Below are positions 9,329 through 19,322 of a stretch of 64,000 nucleotides of DNA, piece by piece. The stretch lies in IMG/VR virus record IMGVR_UViG_3300023235_000012, positions 73,268-137,267 of that record. One strand, written 5' to 3'. The stretch comes from a virus. A model generated the notes under the pieces. The model was not told the DNA's origin. It saw only the letters and a program-made list of their open reading frames with translations, and made no database searches. The translations under genes and the position numbers were made by a program. Every line of letters begins with the position of its first letter. The stretch's first letter is position 1.

Positions 9329-10450
9329 TTATTTAGATGATTGACGAGCCTTTAATTTCGCGATAAGATCTGCAGTGCTTGCCGATTGTTTTTCGGTCTT
9401 CACTTCTTCCTTTACCTCTTCCTTTACCTCTTCTTTAGGCTCTTCTTTAGGCTTTTCATCGACGTCGAATGGTGGTTCATCGTCGTCAGCTGCCTTTTCT
9501 TTTTTGAGCTTGCTTAGCAGATCCTTAGTCTTAGAATTTTCTGCTTCGGCCTCTGATTCCTGTTCCTTATCAGCGGATTTGTCGGCGCCGTTCGGCTGAC
9601 TCGATTCGCTGAGATTAACACCAGTTGGCTTAAAATATTCACCCCAACGATCAGGATCATAAGGTAGGCCAGCAACTGATGCCTGAAACAATTCAATCAT
9701 TGCTTCAACATGTGCATCATCTGGACGATTCGGAATAAAATCACTAAGATTAGACAAACCAAATTTCTCAATAGCTTCGAGCTCTTCGACTGTTAGAGCA
9801 TCTTCTTCGAACGACCACTGACTAGCATCGTAATTGTTATGCTCGCCTTTCTTACGCATATGGATTTCAAAGTCTCTACCATGCTCATAATCCGTAGGAG
9901 AGTATCTCATCTTTGGATTCATGATGATTGCTCTGATAGTTTCGTAAATACCAGGACTCATAATAAACCGACGAATTGGATTTTCTGGTGAAGTGGACTC
10001 TGCAATATTTCCTTTCTTATCAAGAAAACCTGGATGCTTTCTAACTAATCCTTGATAAATATAAGAAATTCTTTTCTTGTAAGTTCGGTATTCTTCGAAT
10101 CGGTTTTCTTCCCACCAAGGACCAATCTCTTTCTGGATCGGATCGATATTCTTATCAAAAACGTTCAAGTCAGGGACTACAACTTCAACTGTTGATCGAT
10201 TACCAATATCAAATCCTTTCACTGCCGTGAATGGAAGTTTACGAATTGATCGTTCTTGCCAAAAGAATGGGTTTGATTCGTTACCATCTGGTAAAAACCT
10301 TAGGATAGCTTTGGAATCAATTGGGATCGCCCAATGCGGATAAACTGGTCCATCACCCGGTAATTGGTTGTTAGAATTATTTCCACGATTTTGATTTTTT
10401 TCCTCTTCTTGAGCGAGAAGAGCGCGCATTTTTTCCATGTTTAGTGCCAT
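9329..10450 (-). CDS. ssDNA-binding protein (gp32-like)
   Basis: AILRFLPDG, PENPIRRFI, PTDYEHGRDF, NYDASQW; acidic C-terminal region; next to uvsX. Confidence 0.85.
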   Translation of the reverse strand: MALNMEKMRALLAQEEEKNQNRGNNSNNQLPGDGPVYPHWAIPIDSKAILRFLPDGNESNPFFWQERSIRKLPFTAVKGFDIGNRSTVEVVVPDLNVFDKNIDPIQKEIGPWWEENRFEEYRTYKKRISYIYQGLVRKHPGFLDKKGNIAESTSPENPIRRFIMSPGIYETIRAIIMNPKMRYSPTDYEHGRDFEIHMRKKGEHNNYDASQWSFEEDALTVEELEAIEKFGLSNLSDFIPNRPDDAHVEAMIELFQASVAGLPYDPDRWGEYFKPTGVNLSESSQPNGADKSADKEQESEAEAENSKTKDLLSKLKKEKAADDDEPPFDVDEKPKEEPKEEVKEEVKEEVKTEKQSASTADLIAKLKARQSSK

Positions 10451-10506
10451 AGTTACTCCTTTGTGCCTATAATTGCCTATAATTGCCTAATGTGCCTAAA
10501 TGCCAT
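10445..10506 (-). repeat. TAGGCA/ATGGCA repeats in the gene 32 leader
   Basis: TAGGCA at 10464, 10474, 10484 and 10493; ATGGCA at 10445 and 10501. Confidence 0.8.
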
Positions 10507-10585
10507 TGTGAAATTTAACTTCCACAATATTATTTAGTCTTTATTCTCATTAGTCTATTCATATTACAATAAAGAGGAGATTTTT

Positions 10586-10867
10586 TCAAATATATTTTAC
10601 TATATCTACCGAAATAAATTTAGTCTTTTGAAGGGGATCTGCATGTGCTATTTTGATTTCACTAATAGTCGCTTCGATGTTTTCTTTCCAAAAATCTAAG
10701 AATCTATATACTCTAGGAAAAGATGGAACATCATCCATTGTCTGCCATATAAATTCTTGTAAAACGCTTGAATGATCTGGCAGCCAATAAAGGATGTCCA
10801 ATAGGACTAAACGATGATTCGAACGTATCATCCGTTCAAAATCACTTTGCATTGCATTCATTATCAT
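10586..10867 (-). CDS. usg: Usg family protein
   Basis: ILYWLPDHSSVLQEFIWQTMD…FPRVYRFLDFWKENIEA…AH. Confidence 0.8.
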   Translation of the reverse strand: MIMNAMQSDFERMIRSNHRLVLLDILYWLPDHSSVLQEFIWQTMDDVPSFPRVYRFLDFWKENIEATISEIKIAHADPLQKTKFISVDIVKYI

Positions 10868-10881
10868 ACCCGGCCTCGCAT

Positions 10882-12927
10882 TTACCCTTCTGAGATGAAA
10901 GGCTTCATTGCTGTTTCAGTAATGTAAGTTTCTAATTCCAACAAAGAATCCTGTTCCATCGTCGTCTGTTCTTTGATGTTACCCAACACGCCATCTTTAA
11001 TCATATTAGCAATAGCTAATTCATGCTTTGCTACCTTATCATCGTGGACCAACTTATCGACGATTCTATTGAACAGTGTACTTAAGAAATCATCATTAAT
11101 TGACATTGCGATCCTATCGATCTGATCTGAGATCTTCCCTTGATGCTCTTTCCAAAGCTTACGAACACCGATACCGACCATATAAGCCATTTGTTTTTTA
11201 TCTTCATTGCTCAAACTATTAGCTACTTTTTTAAGGACCAAAGCTTTAGCAAGGTCTTCGATTCCGGTTTCCTTTCTTCCAGATTCTCTGTCACCCTTAA
11301 GATGCGAAAGCACGTGAGCCACGTTCTTGATCATAATAGCATTTTCTTGAACCATCATCTTTGCAAGATATTGAATTCCTTCATGCAAATCAGCGTCTTC
11401 ATTTAGTCCGAGATCAGCGGCGATGTAAAGTGACATTTCGTTGATTCTTTCTTTTCCTATTCTTTTCTGCTTGGTGAATGATTCTTTGAACGCATGATAT
11501 CCTTTAGGACCAGTCATCTTACCACATTCTTCTCGCAAAGAACGGACTCGACTTTTTGCCATTTCCAGAAGATTAGCGGGACCATTTGATCGATATTCTT
11601 TAATGAAAGAACGGAGAGAACCCGCTTCTCTGCATCTTTCCATAATTCTTTTTCCGGTTTTGTCCATAGCAGAGCCGCCTTCGTTGAGATGCCTACACAT
11701 CGCTTTACCGCCCATCAAATAATTTTCTGGGATACGGAACCTCTCTCCCCTAGCTTCAACGTACATTTCTTTGATATTGCGAGAACGAGCTCCTCGTTTT
11801 TCTTCGTCGATCATCTTCTCGTGGACAACCACCAGACGAGCTTCTTCCAAGCTGTAATACGATCTCTTAGAATTTCCCGACATCGATTCCATTATTCCAT
11901 CTTCCTCTTCGAAAAATTCAGGACCCCAAGCATGTGATCCGATGTCGTTCTCTTCAATATCATCAGTCAATAAACCCATTGAATCGAGTCGATGGAAGAT
12001 CCATTCTGCTGGGTCACCATCATCACCATTTGCGATACCATAAGGCATATCACCGCCGTGTACAAAATAAGCGTAGAGGTCTTGAAATACTTCAGTATCA
12101 CTTTCAAGGTCTTGATCGTGTATCGTCTGCATTTGATGCTTATCAAGAATAGCTTTCACTTGGTCGTCTTGAAACATTGAATCAGTGCTGTCTTCATGGA
12201 CATAATCTTCTCGACCGTATTCTTCATTATCGCTATTTTCTAACTCTTCATAATATTCTTTATCTGCCATACCATCCTCATCGACTTCAATATCACTGGC
12301 ATGAAAATTACCAGTTTGACCATTTGCGAAACGAACAAATACCTGTTCAACTTCTCCTTGTCTATTTTTATGGAACCCAGTTACTTCAGCTGGTCTTCCA
12401 CCATGAATCATTGCTTGAGAAATCCGAACAATTTCTCCTTCTTCTGGAACATAGTCTTCAGATTTTTCATCGTCCCAATTCTGGAAACCTTCTTCGTTAT
12501 TTTCTTCTATTCCAGAAAGTTTTGCTAATCTTTCAATTGATTCATCCATTTGATCTTCCTCTATTTCTCTGGCAGTCATATCACTAAATTTTTTTTGCAT
12601 TTCTGAACGAGCGAAATCCTTTACTGTAAGACCTACACCGAAAAGGTTGCAGACCTTTCTGATTCGTCCGATGATCTTAATCATCTTATCTTTATCGAGA
12701 TCTTGATTTTTCCAGAAGAAAATTTCTTCATTCCGTACGCCATTCTTTGCTTCGCCCCGAACCGACAATCGAATGATGATATCATCTGGTTCAACGTAAA
12801 TCCATTTGGCCCTTGTTGGAGTAGCTGTTGAATTTCCTTCTTGGTCATATATCTTCAAGGTATAATCGTAAGATGGGGCCGCCAATATTTCGTAAATTTC
12901 AGAAGCTAGGCGGTTATATGAAATCAT
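10882..12927 (-). CDS. large modular putative internal virion protein
   Basis: Likely start MISYNRL; divergent from terminase behind a late-promoter motif; many [ILVMF]xE-[SAND] sites. Confidence 0.65.
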   Translation of the reverse strand: MISYNRLASEIYEILAAPSYDYTLKIYDQEGNSTATPTRAKWIYVEPDDIIIRLSVRGEAKNGVRNEEIFFWKNQDLDKDKMIKIIGRIRKVCNLFGVGLTVKDFARSEMQKKFSDMTAREIEEDQMDESIERLAKLSGIEENNEEGFQNWDDEKSEDYVPEEGEIVRISQAMIHGGRPAEVTGFHKNRQGEVEQVFVRFANGQTGNFHASDIEVDEDGMADKEYYEELENSDNEEYGREDYVHEDSTDSMFQDDQVKAILDKHQMQTIHDQDLESDTEVFQDLYAYFVHGGDMPYGIANGDDGDPAEWIFHRLDSMGLLTDDIEENDIGSHAWGPEFFEEEDGIMESMSGNSKRSYYSLEEARLVVVHEKMIDEEKRGARSRNIKEMYVEARGERFRIPENYLMGGKAMCRHLNEGGSAMDKTGKRIMERCREAGSLRSFIKEYRSNGPANLLEMAKSRVRSLREECGKMTGPKGYHAFKESFTKQKRIGKERINEMSLYIAADLGLNEDADLHEGIQYLAKMMVQENAIMIKNVAHVLSHLKGDRESGRKETGIEDLAKALVLKKVANSLSNEDKKQMAYMVGIGVRKLWKEHQGKISDQIDRIAMSINDDFLSTLFNRIVDKLVHDDKVAKHELAIANMIKDGVLGNIKEQTTMEQDSLLELETYITETAMKPFISEG

Positions 12928-12956
12928 TTTTGAGCTCCAAGCATTGTTCTTTGTTT

Positions 12957-12972
12957 TATTTATTGATAAATA
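12957..12972. promoter_or_regulatory. back-to-back T4-type late promoters
   Basis: AATAAATA (-) at 12957-12964 and GATAAATA (+) at 12965-12972 between divergent genes. Confidence 0.6.
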
Positions 12973-12977
12973 AGAGT

Positions 12978-14615
12978 ATGACAATTAAGAAACCGGGAAT
13001 TCACTCAAAATATCTGAAGATACCTAATGGAGCGTATAAAAAATCGTCAATTAGGATTACATATAATGATGCGATGAAAATAGAACTCAAGAAATGCAAA
13101 AGCGATCCTGAGTATTTCCTTCGGAACTATTATTACATTCAGACCATGGTTGGAAAGCAAGGCAAATCTTCCCGTGAACTTTTCCAACCATTTTCATATC
13201 AGATTGAGATGATTGCGAATTTTCTCAATTTCAACGATAATATCGCCATGCTTGCTAGACAGATGGGAAAAACAACTGTTGTAGGTGGATTGATCCTCTG
13301 GTTTACTATGTTCCACAAAGATGAAACCGTCTTGATTTGTGCTAATAATCAATTGCAGGCTCTTGAAATTATGGAAAGAATTCAGTTTGGATATGAAAAT
13401 TGCCCGGACTTTATTCGAGCCGCCGTTAGAACCGACGGATATGCTAAAGGTCATGTCCTCTTTACTAATGGATCACGGGTTGTTTCTCGTGCAACCGGAC
13501 CTCATTCTGGTCGTGGTTTGTCTATTTCTCTTCTTTACGTTGATGAGTTCGCAGCCATCCACCCAAATATGCAAGCCGATTTCTGGGCGGCGATTTCACA
13601 GACATTGGCAACAGGTGGTCGATCGTTTATAACTTCGACACCGTACACAGAATATGATACTTTCGCTAGTCTTTGGCGGGGATCTACACGATATACTGAC
13701 GAGGACGGAAAACCGTTGGATCCAAAGGGACCTGGCTACAACGAATTCAAATCGATTAAGGCGACCTGGAAAGCTCATCCATTTAGAGATAAAGAATGGG
13801 AACGTCGACAACGTGCTAAAATGAATGATGACCAGAAATTCGAACGAGAGCAGCTATGTGAATTCGTTGGATATTCTGAAACCTTGATTGACGGGATGAT
13901 CCTGAAAACGATCATGGAAGAGGTTGATCAGGTTCGTCCTCTTGAAGCTATGGGCGAGGTCACTTGGTGGAAGAAACCCAAAGGAGGAAATACTTACATT
14001 ATTGGATATGATCCTTCTCTCGGGACTGGTGGTGATTTCGCCGCCATTCAGATTTTTGAGCTTCCCGGTATGGAACAAGTAGCTGAATGGCAGTCCAGAA
14101 TTTTGGGGATTCCTGACCAGGTGCGCGTCATGAGACAGATCCTAACGATCATTGATCAAGAAATGAGAAAAGACGGTGACACTAATCCTGAGATTTATTG
14201 GTCTGTAGAGAACAATACGATAGGCGAAGCTGCGTTGGTAATCATCGACGAAATCGGAGAGGATAATTTTGACGGTTCTTTTTTGACTGAACCAAGAAAG
14301 ACAAGAGGCAAGCGGATCCGGAAAGGTTTCAACACGACAAATAGAACAAAAGTCGGTGCTTGTTCTCGATTGAAGACGCTCTTAGAGAAAAGAGCAATGA
14401 AAATCAATTCAAAGGAATTAGCTCGTCAATTCAACTTCTTTGTTGCCGCAGGAACAGGATTCAAAGCTAAGCTTGGAGAACATGATGATTTGGTTATGGC
14501 AGTGATTCTGATAATTCGGATGCTTGATCAAGTCATGTGGTATGATGAATCGAAAAGTAGTGACTTACGGGAAGTTGCAGAAGAACAAAATATTCCACCG
14601 ATGGGGATTTTCTAA
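12978..14615 (+). CDS. terminase large subunit (gp17-like)
   Basis: ARQMGKTT, YVDEFA, ITSTP, GYDPSLGTGGDF, HDDLVMA; likely start MTIKK. Confidence 0.95.
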   Translation: MTIKKPGIHSKYLKIPNGAYKKSSIRITYNDAMKIELKKCKSDPEYFLRNYYYIQTMVGKQGKSSRELFQPFSYQIEMIANFLNFNDNIAMLARQMGKTTVVGGLILWFTMFHKDETVLICANNQLQALEIMERIQFGYENCPDFIRAAVRTDGYAKGHVLFTNGSRVVSRATGPHSGRGLSISLLYVDEFAAIHPNMQADFWAAISQTLATGGRSFITSTPYTEYDTFASLWRGSTRYTDEDGKPLDPKGPGYNEFKSIKATWKAHPFRDKEWERRQRAKMNDDQKFEREQLCEFVGYSETLIDGMILKTIMEEVDQVRPLEAMGEVTWWKKPKGGNTYIIGYDPSLGTGGDFAAIQIFELPGMEQVAEWQSRILGIPDQVRVMRQILTIIDQEMRKDGDTNPEIYWSVENNTIGEAALVIIDEIGEDNFDGSFLTEPRKTRGKRIRKGFNTTNRTKVGACSRLKTLLEKRAMKINSKELARQFNFFVAAGTGFKAKLGEHDDLVMAVILIIRMLDQVMWYDESKSSDLREVAEEQNIPPMGIF

Positions 14616-14620
14616 TCTAC

Positions 14621-14824
14621 TTAACTCTTCGTAAATGCTCCTCCATCTATTCGATTTGAAGGATCAACCTTTTCTACTTCGATAGTCTTTAGCACTATCA
14701 ACTTGCTGATTTCAATTGCGATAGACGTTGCTTCTTCGGTCGTTAATCTAAATTCCTTTGATTTAGTACCACGAGCTCTCTGAACCCTACTAATAAAATT
14801 TTCTAGAGATGGATAGGAACTCAT
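14621..14824 (-). CDS. hypothetical protein
   Basis: 67 aa ending IDGGAF. Confidence 0.55.
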   Translation of the reverse strand: MSSYPSLENFISRVQRARGTKSKEFRLTTEEATSIAIEISKLIVLKTIEVEKVDPSNRIDGGAFTKS

Positions 14825-14923
14825 GCTTTAGCTCTTTCAAACTCTTTAGTCAGAGTAGAAATTATTCTACCAAATTTCTCAAGTTCGTTTAAACAGTGGT
14901 CTAGATCAACAATTTTCTTTGTG

Positions 14924-15424
14924 TTAAATAGATTCATCATCATCCCTAATTTGTTGGTTTTTGATTTTTACTGATGCCTCTGCTTCCATCTTAGTCTTAA
15001 AAGGACCGACAAAATCGTTCCCTTCTAATGAACCCGGTTTGGGACAGAGGAAAGTAATAAATCCTCTAGTAAATCTGATTCCCCACCATCCTGCAATCCA
15101 CCTAACTGATGAATTGGGACTAGCTTTGTAAGTGATCAACTCACCTTTTTCAATGTCAAATATTTCAACATGACGGCAAGGATACCCATTAATATCGATA
15201 TCTGATTGACCTTTATTTTCTATGGGCTTAATAAAATGGATAGAACCGCCGAGAAGATCTTCCAGTGATTCTAAATTAGGAAATTCATTCTGTGTATCCG
15301 ATGTGATTAATTCTACGCCTAGATCTTTCTTCAATAACAACCCGAAACGATCTCCTGCATCGGTCATCAATATAAAAGAGGATTCAGTTAACGGTTTAGC
15401 TTGCATCAACACTCCTTTTCTCAT
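14924..15424 (-). CDS. hypothetical phage protein
   Basis: CPK…GPFKT C-terminal region; likely start MQAKP. Confidence 0.6.
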   Translation of the reverse strand: MRKGVLMQAKPLTESSFILMTDAGDRFGLLLKKDLGVELITSDTQNEFPNLESLEDLLGGSIHFIKPIENKGQSDIDINGYPCRHVEIFDIEKGELITYKASPNSSVRWIAGWWGIRFTRGFITFLCPKPGSLEGNDFVGPFKTKMEAEASVKIKNQQIRDDDESI

Positions 15425-15532
15425 TATTTACTCCATTAGAACTCTGATGTTTTATCTTCGACATTTTGGATTCTTGAAAATTAGAAAATAATTCAGTAAT
15501 CGATTCTCAATAGTCTAATGAAGAACTAATGT

Positions 15533-16045
15533 TCATCTATGTAAAGTCAATAGAATATTGTAATGTTCCCATGCTGTCTGTAGGCTAGGATTATCTTCTC
15601 TAATCTTTTTCTCTTTTTCTCTTTTGTCTTCTTCTTCTTTCAAATGGTTATATTCTTCAATTTGATTTTTAACATTTTCATCGTTATTTACTATATGATT
15701 GATTAGATCGACACCTCTTTTACTAAGGATAATAGCATATTCTTTTTGTTTTTTTATTTGTATTTCACATTCATCTTTGAATTCACTTTTTTTTCTGGTA
15801 GGTGTAAATATTGATTTCTGAAAATATTTTTCTCTGAAACCAATAAAAGAGAATTCAGCACAATCGAATCCCAATTCTTCTAATGGGCGTTGAATTGAAG
15901 TAAATCCATCTAAACAAACTCCTCGTCTTTTTTCAGCTAATCTAGTATTCACAAATGGCTCATCAATGTTTTTAATGTTGATCCATTCTTCTCTTTTATT
16001 AAGATATTCTTCGTAAGCTTGTTCTTTGCTATAAATTCCTAGCAT
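15533..16045 (-). CDS. hypothetical protein with C-terminal NPSLQTAWE motif
   Basis: 170 aa, overlaps the end of rnh. Confidence 0.6.
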   Translation of the reverse strand: MLGIYSKEQAYEEYLNKREEWINIKNIDEPFVNTRLAEKRRGVCLDGFTSIQRPLEELGFDCAEFSFIGFREKYFQKSIFTPTRKKSEFKDECEIQIKKQKEYAIILSKRGVDLINHIVNNDENVKNQIEEYNHLKEEEDKREKEKKIREDNPSLQTAWEHYNILLTLHR

Positions 16046-17060
16046 TCAGCATCTCCACAAAGTCATTTGGATTTTTTGTAATCTCAGCTAAATCATATTT
16101 TCCAGCAAAACGAAGGAAATGAAATCCAAGTTGCTTCACTGGTTCTTTCTCGTAATTCAATATATATTCATCAAATGCTTCCTTAACTTCGAAAGGCATT
16201 TTTTTAAGATCAATCAATGTCTCATTTGTCTCGAACAGATCACGGACGATGTGTTCTGTTCCGTTGTGATCTGTCCACCGCTGATTCATAAAATTGAACC
16301 ACTCAAATCCTTGATCTTTCCTGTCTTCAAAACATTCGATAATTCCAGCTTTTTTAGATGAACCTTTCTGTCGTGTTCCGGGCTCACACGCCGTGAAAAC
16401 ATTATCGCCTTTGTCACCTCGAATGATCTTCGTGAATAAAGCATATTCGATCCAATCTGCGCGCTCTGGAAACGAATCGGTTTCTTTGATAATCTGCTTC
16501 CCTACTCTAACCTTTCCATCATTCTTCACGGAAAAATCCAAAGAACGGCCCTTATCATCAAAGACACCTGCTGGAGTGAAAGTCACATCACGAATTCCAT
16601 TGTAGAGCGTGACCTTTTCATTTATTAGCTGAACAAAATCACTGTCACTAGAACAGATGATATGATTGTCATCTGGATGTACTGCGATCCACCGAGCGAT
16701 CATATCATCTGCTTCTGCTAATGAATGACGAAGAACAGTTACGTTTGTATGTTCTTCGAACATTTCTTTCATGTGAGTAAAGGCGCCGTACATTGCTTCC
16801 TGTTCTGCCTGTTCCTTCGGGTCCGTTATTTCTTCATGGACTCGATTGGCTTTGTACGCGGGATATACTTCTTTTCTCCACGAGTGGCCTTCTAAACACA
16901 CGACGAGATGGCTAGCATTGAATTTTTTCCAAACCTTGCGCAAACTCATCAAATTTATATGCAAGCACATTCCCGCTTTTTCTTCTGGGGTGTCGCCTCG
17001 AACGACATGTTTCGCCCGGAAATAAAGGTTTGCTAGATCTATTAAGATGAATGTTTTCAT
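16029..17060 (-). CDS. rnh: RNase H / 5'-3' exonuclease (T4 rnh-like)
   Basis: ILIDLAN, YPAYKANR, EADD, SSDSDFVQL, RGDKGDNV. Confidence 0.92.
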   Translation of the reverse strand: MKTFILIDLANLYFRAKHVVRGDTPEEKAGMCLHINLMSLRKVWKKFNASHLVVCLEGHSWRKEVYPAYKANRVHEEITDPKEQAEQEAMYGAFTHMKEMFEEHTNVTVLRHSLAEADDMIARWIAVHPDDNHIICSSDSDFVQLINEKVTLYNGIRDVTFTPAGVFDDKGRSLDFSVKNDGKVRVGKQIIKETDSFPERADWIEYALFTKIIRGDKGDNVFTACEPGTRQKGSSKKAGIIECFEDRKDQGFEWFNFMNQRWTDHNGTEHIVRDLFETNETLIDLKKMPFEVKEAFDEYILNYEKEPVKQLGFHFLRFAGKYDLAEITKNPNDFVEMLNARNL

Positions 17061-17099
17061 ATTTTTATTATAATACTTTTTCTCAGAATTTCAAAAATA

Positions 17100-17588
17100 T
17101 TATTGAGGCGCAGAATACAATCCTTCAATATTGGGATCAGGAATTAACATTGCATTGGTGATATGAATCGCTTCATCCAGCGTCGGGACGATAAAGCCAA
17201 CGGACTCACGCACCATTGCATGCCAGTGTGGATTTCCTTCTTGCATGACTGCAACGCATGGAACGTTGAAAGCCTTTGCCCATGCTATCTCTATTACGGT
17301 TCCAATACTGACTGCACGTGCACCGGCGAAATTAGCGATCACCATATCGGCACGTCGACAATCATTAAAGTCCCTTGCGGTAATACCTTTCGCACAAGAA
17401 AGAGCAATATCTTCATAGGTGTCCTGAATATTTTCAACCTGGCTCAAATATGTTTTCCCACGTAGAGGACTCATTCCAGCGATGCTCGGATCCAATTTCT
17501 CTTTTGCATATTCTCTCCAATCAGTAGCTGTTCCATATGACAGTCCGGTAATTGGTCCTGCTAAATACGCGATATATCGATAACTCAT
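17100..17588 (-). CDS. nucleoside 2-deoxyribosyltransferase-like
   Basis: YLAGPI, RDFNDCRRAD, SIGTVIEIAWA. Confidence 0.8.
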   Translation of the reverse strand: MSYRYIAYLAGPITGLSYGTATDWREYAKEKLDPSIAGMSPLRGKTYLSQVENIQDTYEDIALSCAKGITARDFNDCRRADMVIANFAGARAVSIGTVIEIAWAKAFNVPCVAVMQEGNPHWHAMVRESVGFIVPTLDEAIHITNAMLIPDPNIEGLYSAPQ

Positions 17589-17603
17589 CTCTTCTCCTTA
17601 TTT

Positions 17604-17849
17604 TCAATCAATCTCTTCATAATTTTTTAATGTGGCGTTAGTTAGATCCGGGTTTCGGAGGATAAAGACTACTTCTTTATCCTCATCATCCCACGCTATT
17701 CCTATAATTGGCTCATGGTAACGGTATTCGAATGGCCCATCTTCTAATTCTCCAGTTCCATCATCCAAGAAACATAGCATGGTTTGAAGCTGTACATCGT
17801 AATCATCAGGTACATCAGTGAGTCTTTCTTTTAGAGATTTGACGTTCAT
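17604..17849 (-). CDS. hypothetical protein
   Basis: 81 aa; ATGA-coupled to the deaminase. Confidence 0.55.
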   Translation of the reverse strand: MNVKSLKERLTDVPDDYDVQLQTMLCFLDDGTGELEDGPFEYRYHEPIIGIAWDDEDKEVVFILRNPDLTNATLKNYEEID

Positions 17850-18433
17850 AGATTGAATTCCTTACCTCTAAAAAATCCGATAGGTTTCCAAAGATCACCA
17901 CTCCACCAACGCAGAATCGAAAGCCTTTGATCTGGAAAAGGAACCGTTGTACCAGACTTTCCTTTCAATGATCTCGCGTAAGGCGTTTTGAATAAATTTA
18001 AAGCCGCTGCATGACTGCTATCCCATTCTCCACCAGTTATTCCTGACGCTTCATCGAATGCTGCTTGCCCTTCTTTGTGAACGATGACCTCAGTAATCCC
18101 CGTCTGTACAATAGCTCTAGCACCGTCTGAACAGGGTAGAAAATTAACATAAAGTCTACACCCATCCAACCCTCCTTCGTTTTTGGCGGCGGCGAAGATT
18201 GCATTCCGTTCAGAGTGTTCCATATAGAAATATTTTTCTGGTCTAGTCTTTGGTATTTCTTCAATCTCCATACCTCGGATTGGACTATTATATCCTGAAC
18301 TTACGATCGTGTTATCTGGTCTCACAATAATAGAGCCGGCATGAGTCGATTCATCTTTGCTTCGACTTGCGGCCAGATAAGCCATTGTCATAAAATATCT
18401 CGTCCAGTCGGGACGTTTTTCATCATTTACCAT
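17846..18433 (-). CDS. dCMP deaminase
   Basis: RSKD, GYN, HSERNAI, PCSDG (second Zn cysteine replaced by G). Confidence 0.8.
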   Translation of the reverse strand: MVNDEKRPDWTRYFMTMAYLAASRSKDESTHAGSIIVRPDNTIVSSGYNSPIRGMEIEEIPKTRPEKYFYMEHSERNAIFAAAKNEGGLDGCRLYVNFLPCSDGARAIVQTGITEVIVHKEGQAAFDEASGITGGEWDSSHAAALNLFKTPYARSLKGKSGTTVPFPDQRLSILRWWSGDLWKPIGFFRGKEFNL

Positions 18434-18702
18434 GTGATCTCCTTTTTTTGATTACTTGCTACTGGTGGTTTTGGTCGGCTGATTAACAAATCCCAATCAC
18501 TTCCTAGTCTTCGATATAGCATCCGATATTGACCATTGCTTGCTGGCTCTTTTCGATACTCTAATCGTGAGAAACTTCTACTAAAATTAATTAGCTCATC
18601 TGATAACCAAGGTGCAGATGCATGTATTGTTTCAAGCGGTTTGGAAAAAATGAAGAACCCTTCTTTCTATTCTGTTCTTCTTCTATAATCAATGATTGTC
18701 AT
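18427..18702 (-). pseudogene. 92-codon frame interrupted by one TAG at codon 12
   Basis: MTIIDYRRRTE*KEGFFIFSKPLE…; overlaps both neighbours; TAG at 18667-18669. Confidence 0.5.
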
Positions 18703-18932
18703 CGGGCTTCCTCTATTTCAATTTCTAATGTACCGAGTCCATTGACATACGGATCAGATGTAGCTTTGAATTCATATTTTCCCTTATAACGGACAGGAGT
18801 GACTCGTCCATCAAAAAGTCTGAATGTATCTTCCTTCTTAAGATCTCTGAAATGGATTTCCTTCCATTTTCCGTCAACGCAAATTTCTGTCTTTCTATCT
18901 TTAATCGATTTAGTCATTCTCAACCTTTTCAA
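18699..18932 (-). CDS. hypothetical protein
   Basis: 77 aa ORF in the operon. Confidence 0.55.
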   Translation of the reverse strand: MKRLRMTKSIKDRKTEICVDGKWKEIHFRDLKKEDTFRLFDGRVTPVRYKGKYEFKATSDPYVNGLGTLEIEIEEAR

Positions 18933-19189
18933 TACTAAGTACGGTATGATTCCTATCCAGTGCTACACTAGACATCGCACATGGAGTATTTCTATTGGTA
19001 ACATACGTGATAATACAAAGCTGCTCTCTGCCAGTATATTGGCCGACAGTCTGATCAAACTCTTGTAGCAAAAGATGATCACCTGCTTTGTAATCACGCT
19101 CGTTCATATTTCAAAAGTCATGCTTTTTTTCTGTCATCCAGAACAGCTTGAAAAAGATACGGCCATGATTTTACTTTATGAATTGTCAT
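18910..19189 (-). pseudogene. DUF3850/ASCH-like gene broken by a frameshift and a stop
   Basis: MTIHKVKSWPYLFQAVLD, extra A in an A7 run, then KHDF*NMNERDYKAGDHLLLQEF…YTGR. Confidence 0.65.
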
Positions 19190-19322
19190 TTGTTGGGTCC
19201 CTTTAAGGTTTAAATTCTTCAACTGATCCATTACGGACAAATCTATTTCCATCTATACTGCCTCTTCGCTATAATCTAAAATATATCACCACATGATTCA
19301 CGTGCAGAACATTCTATCTTCT

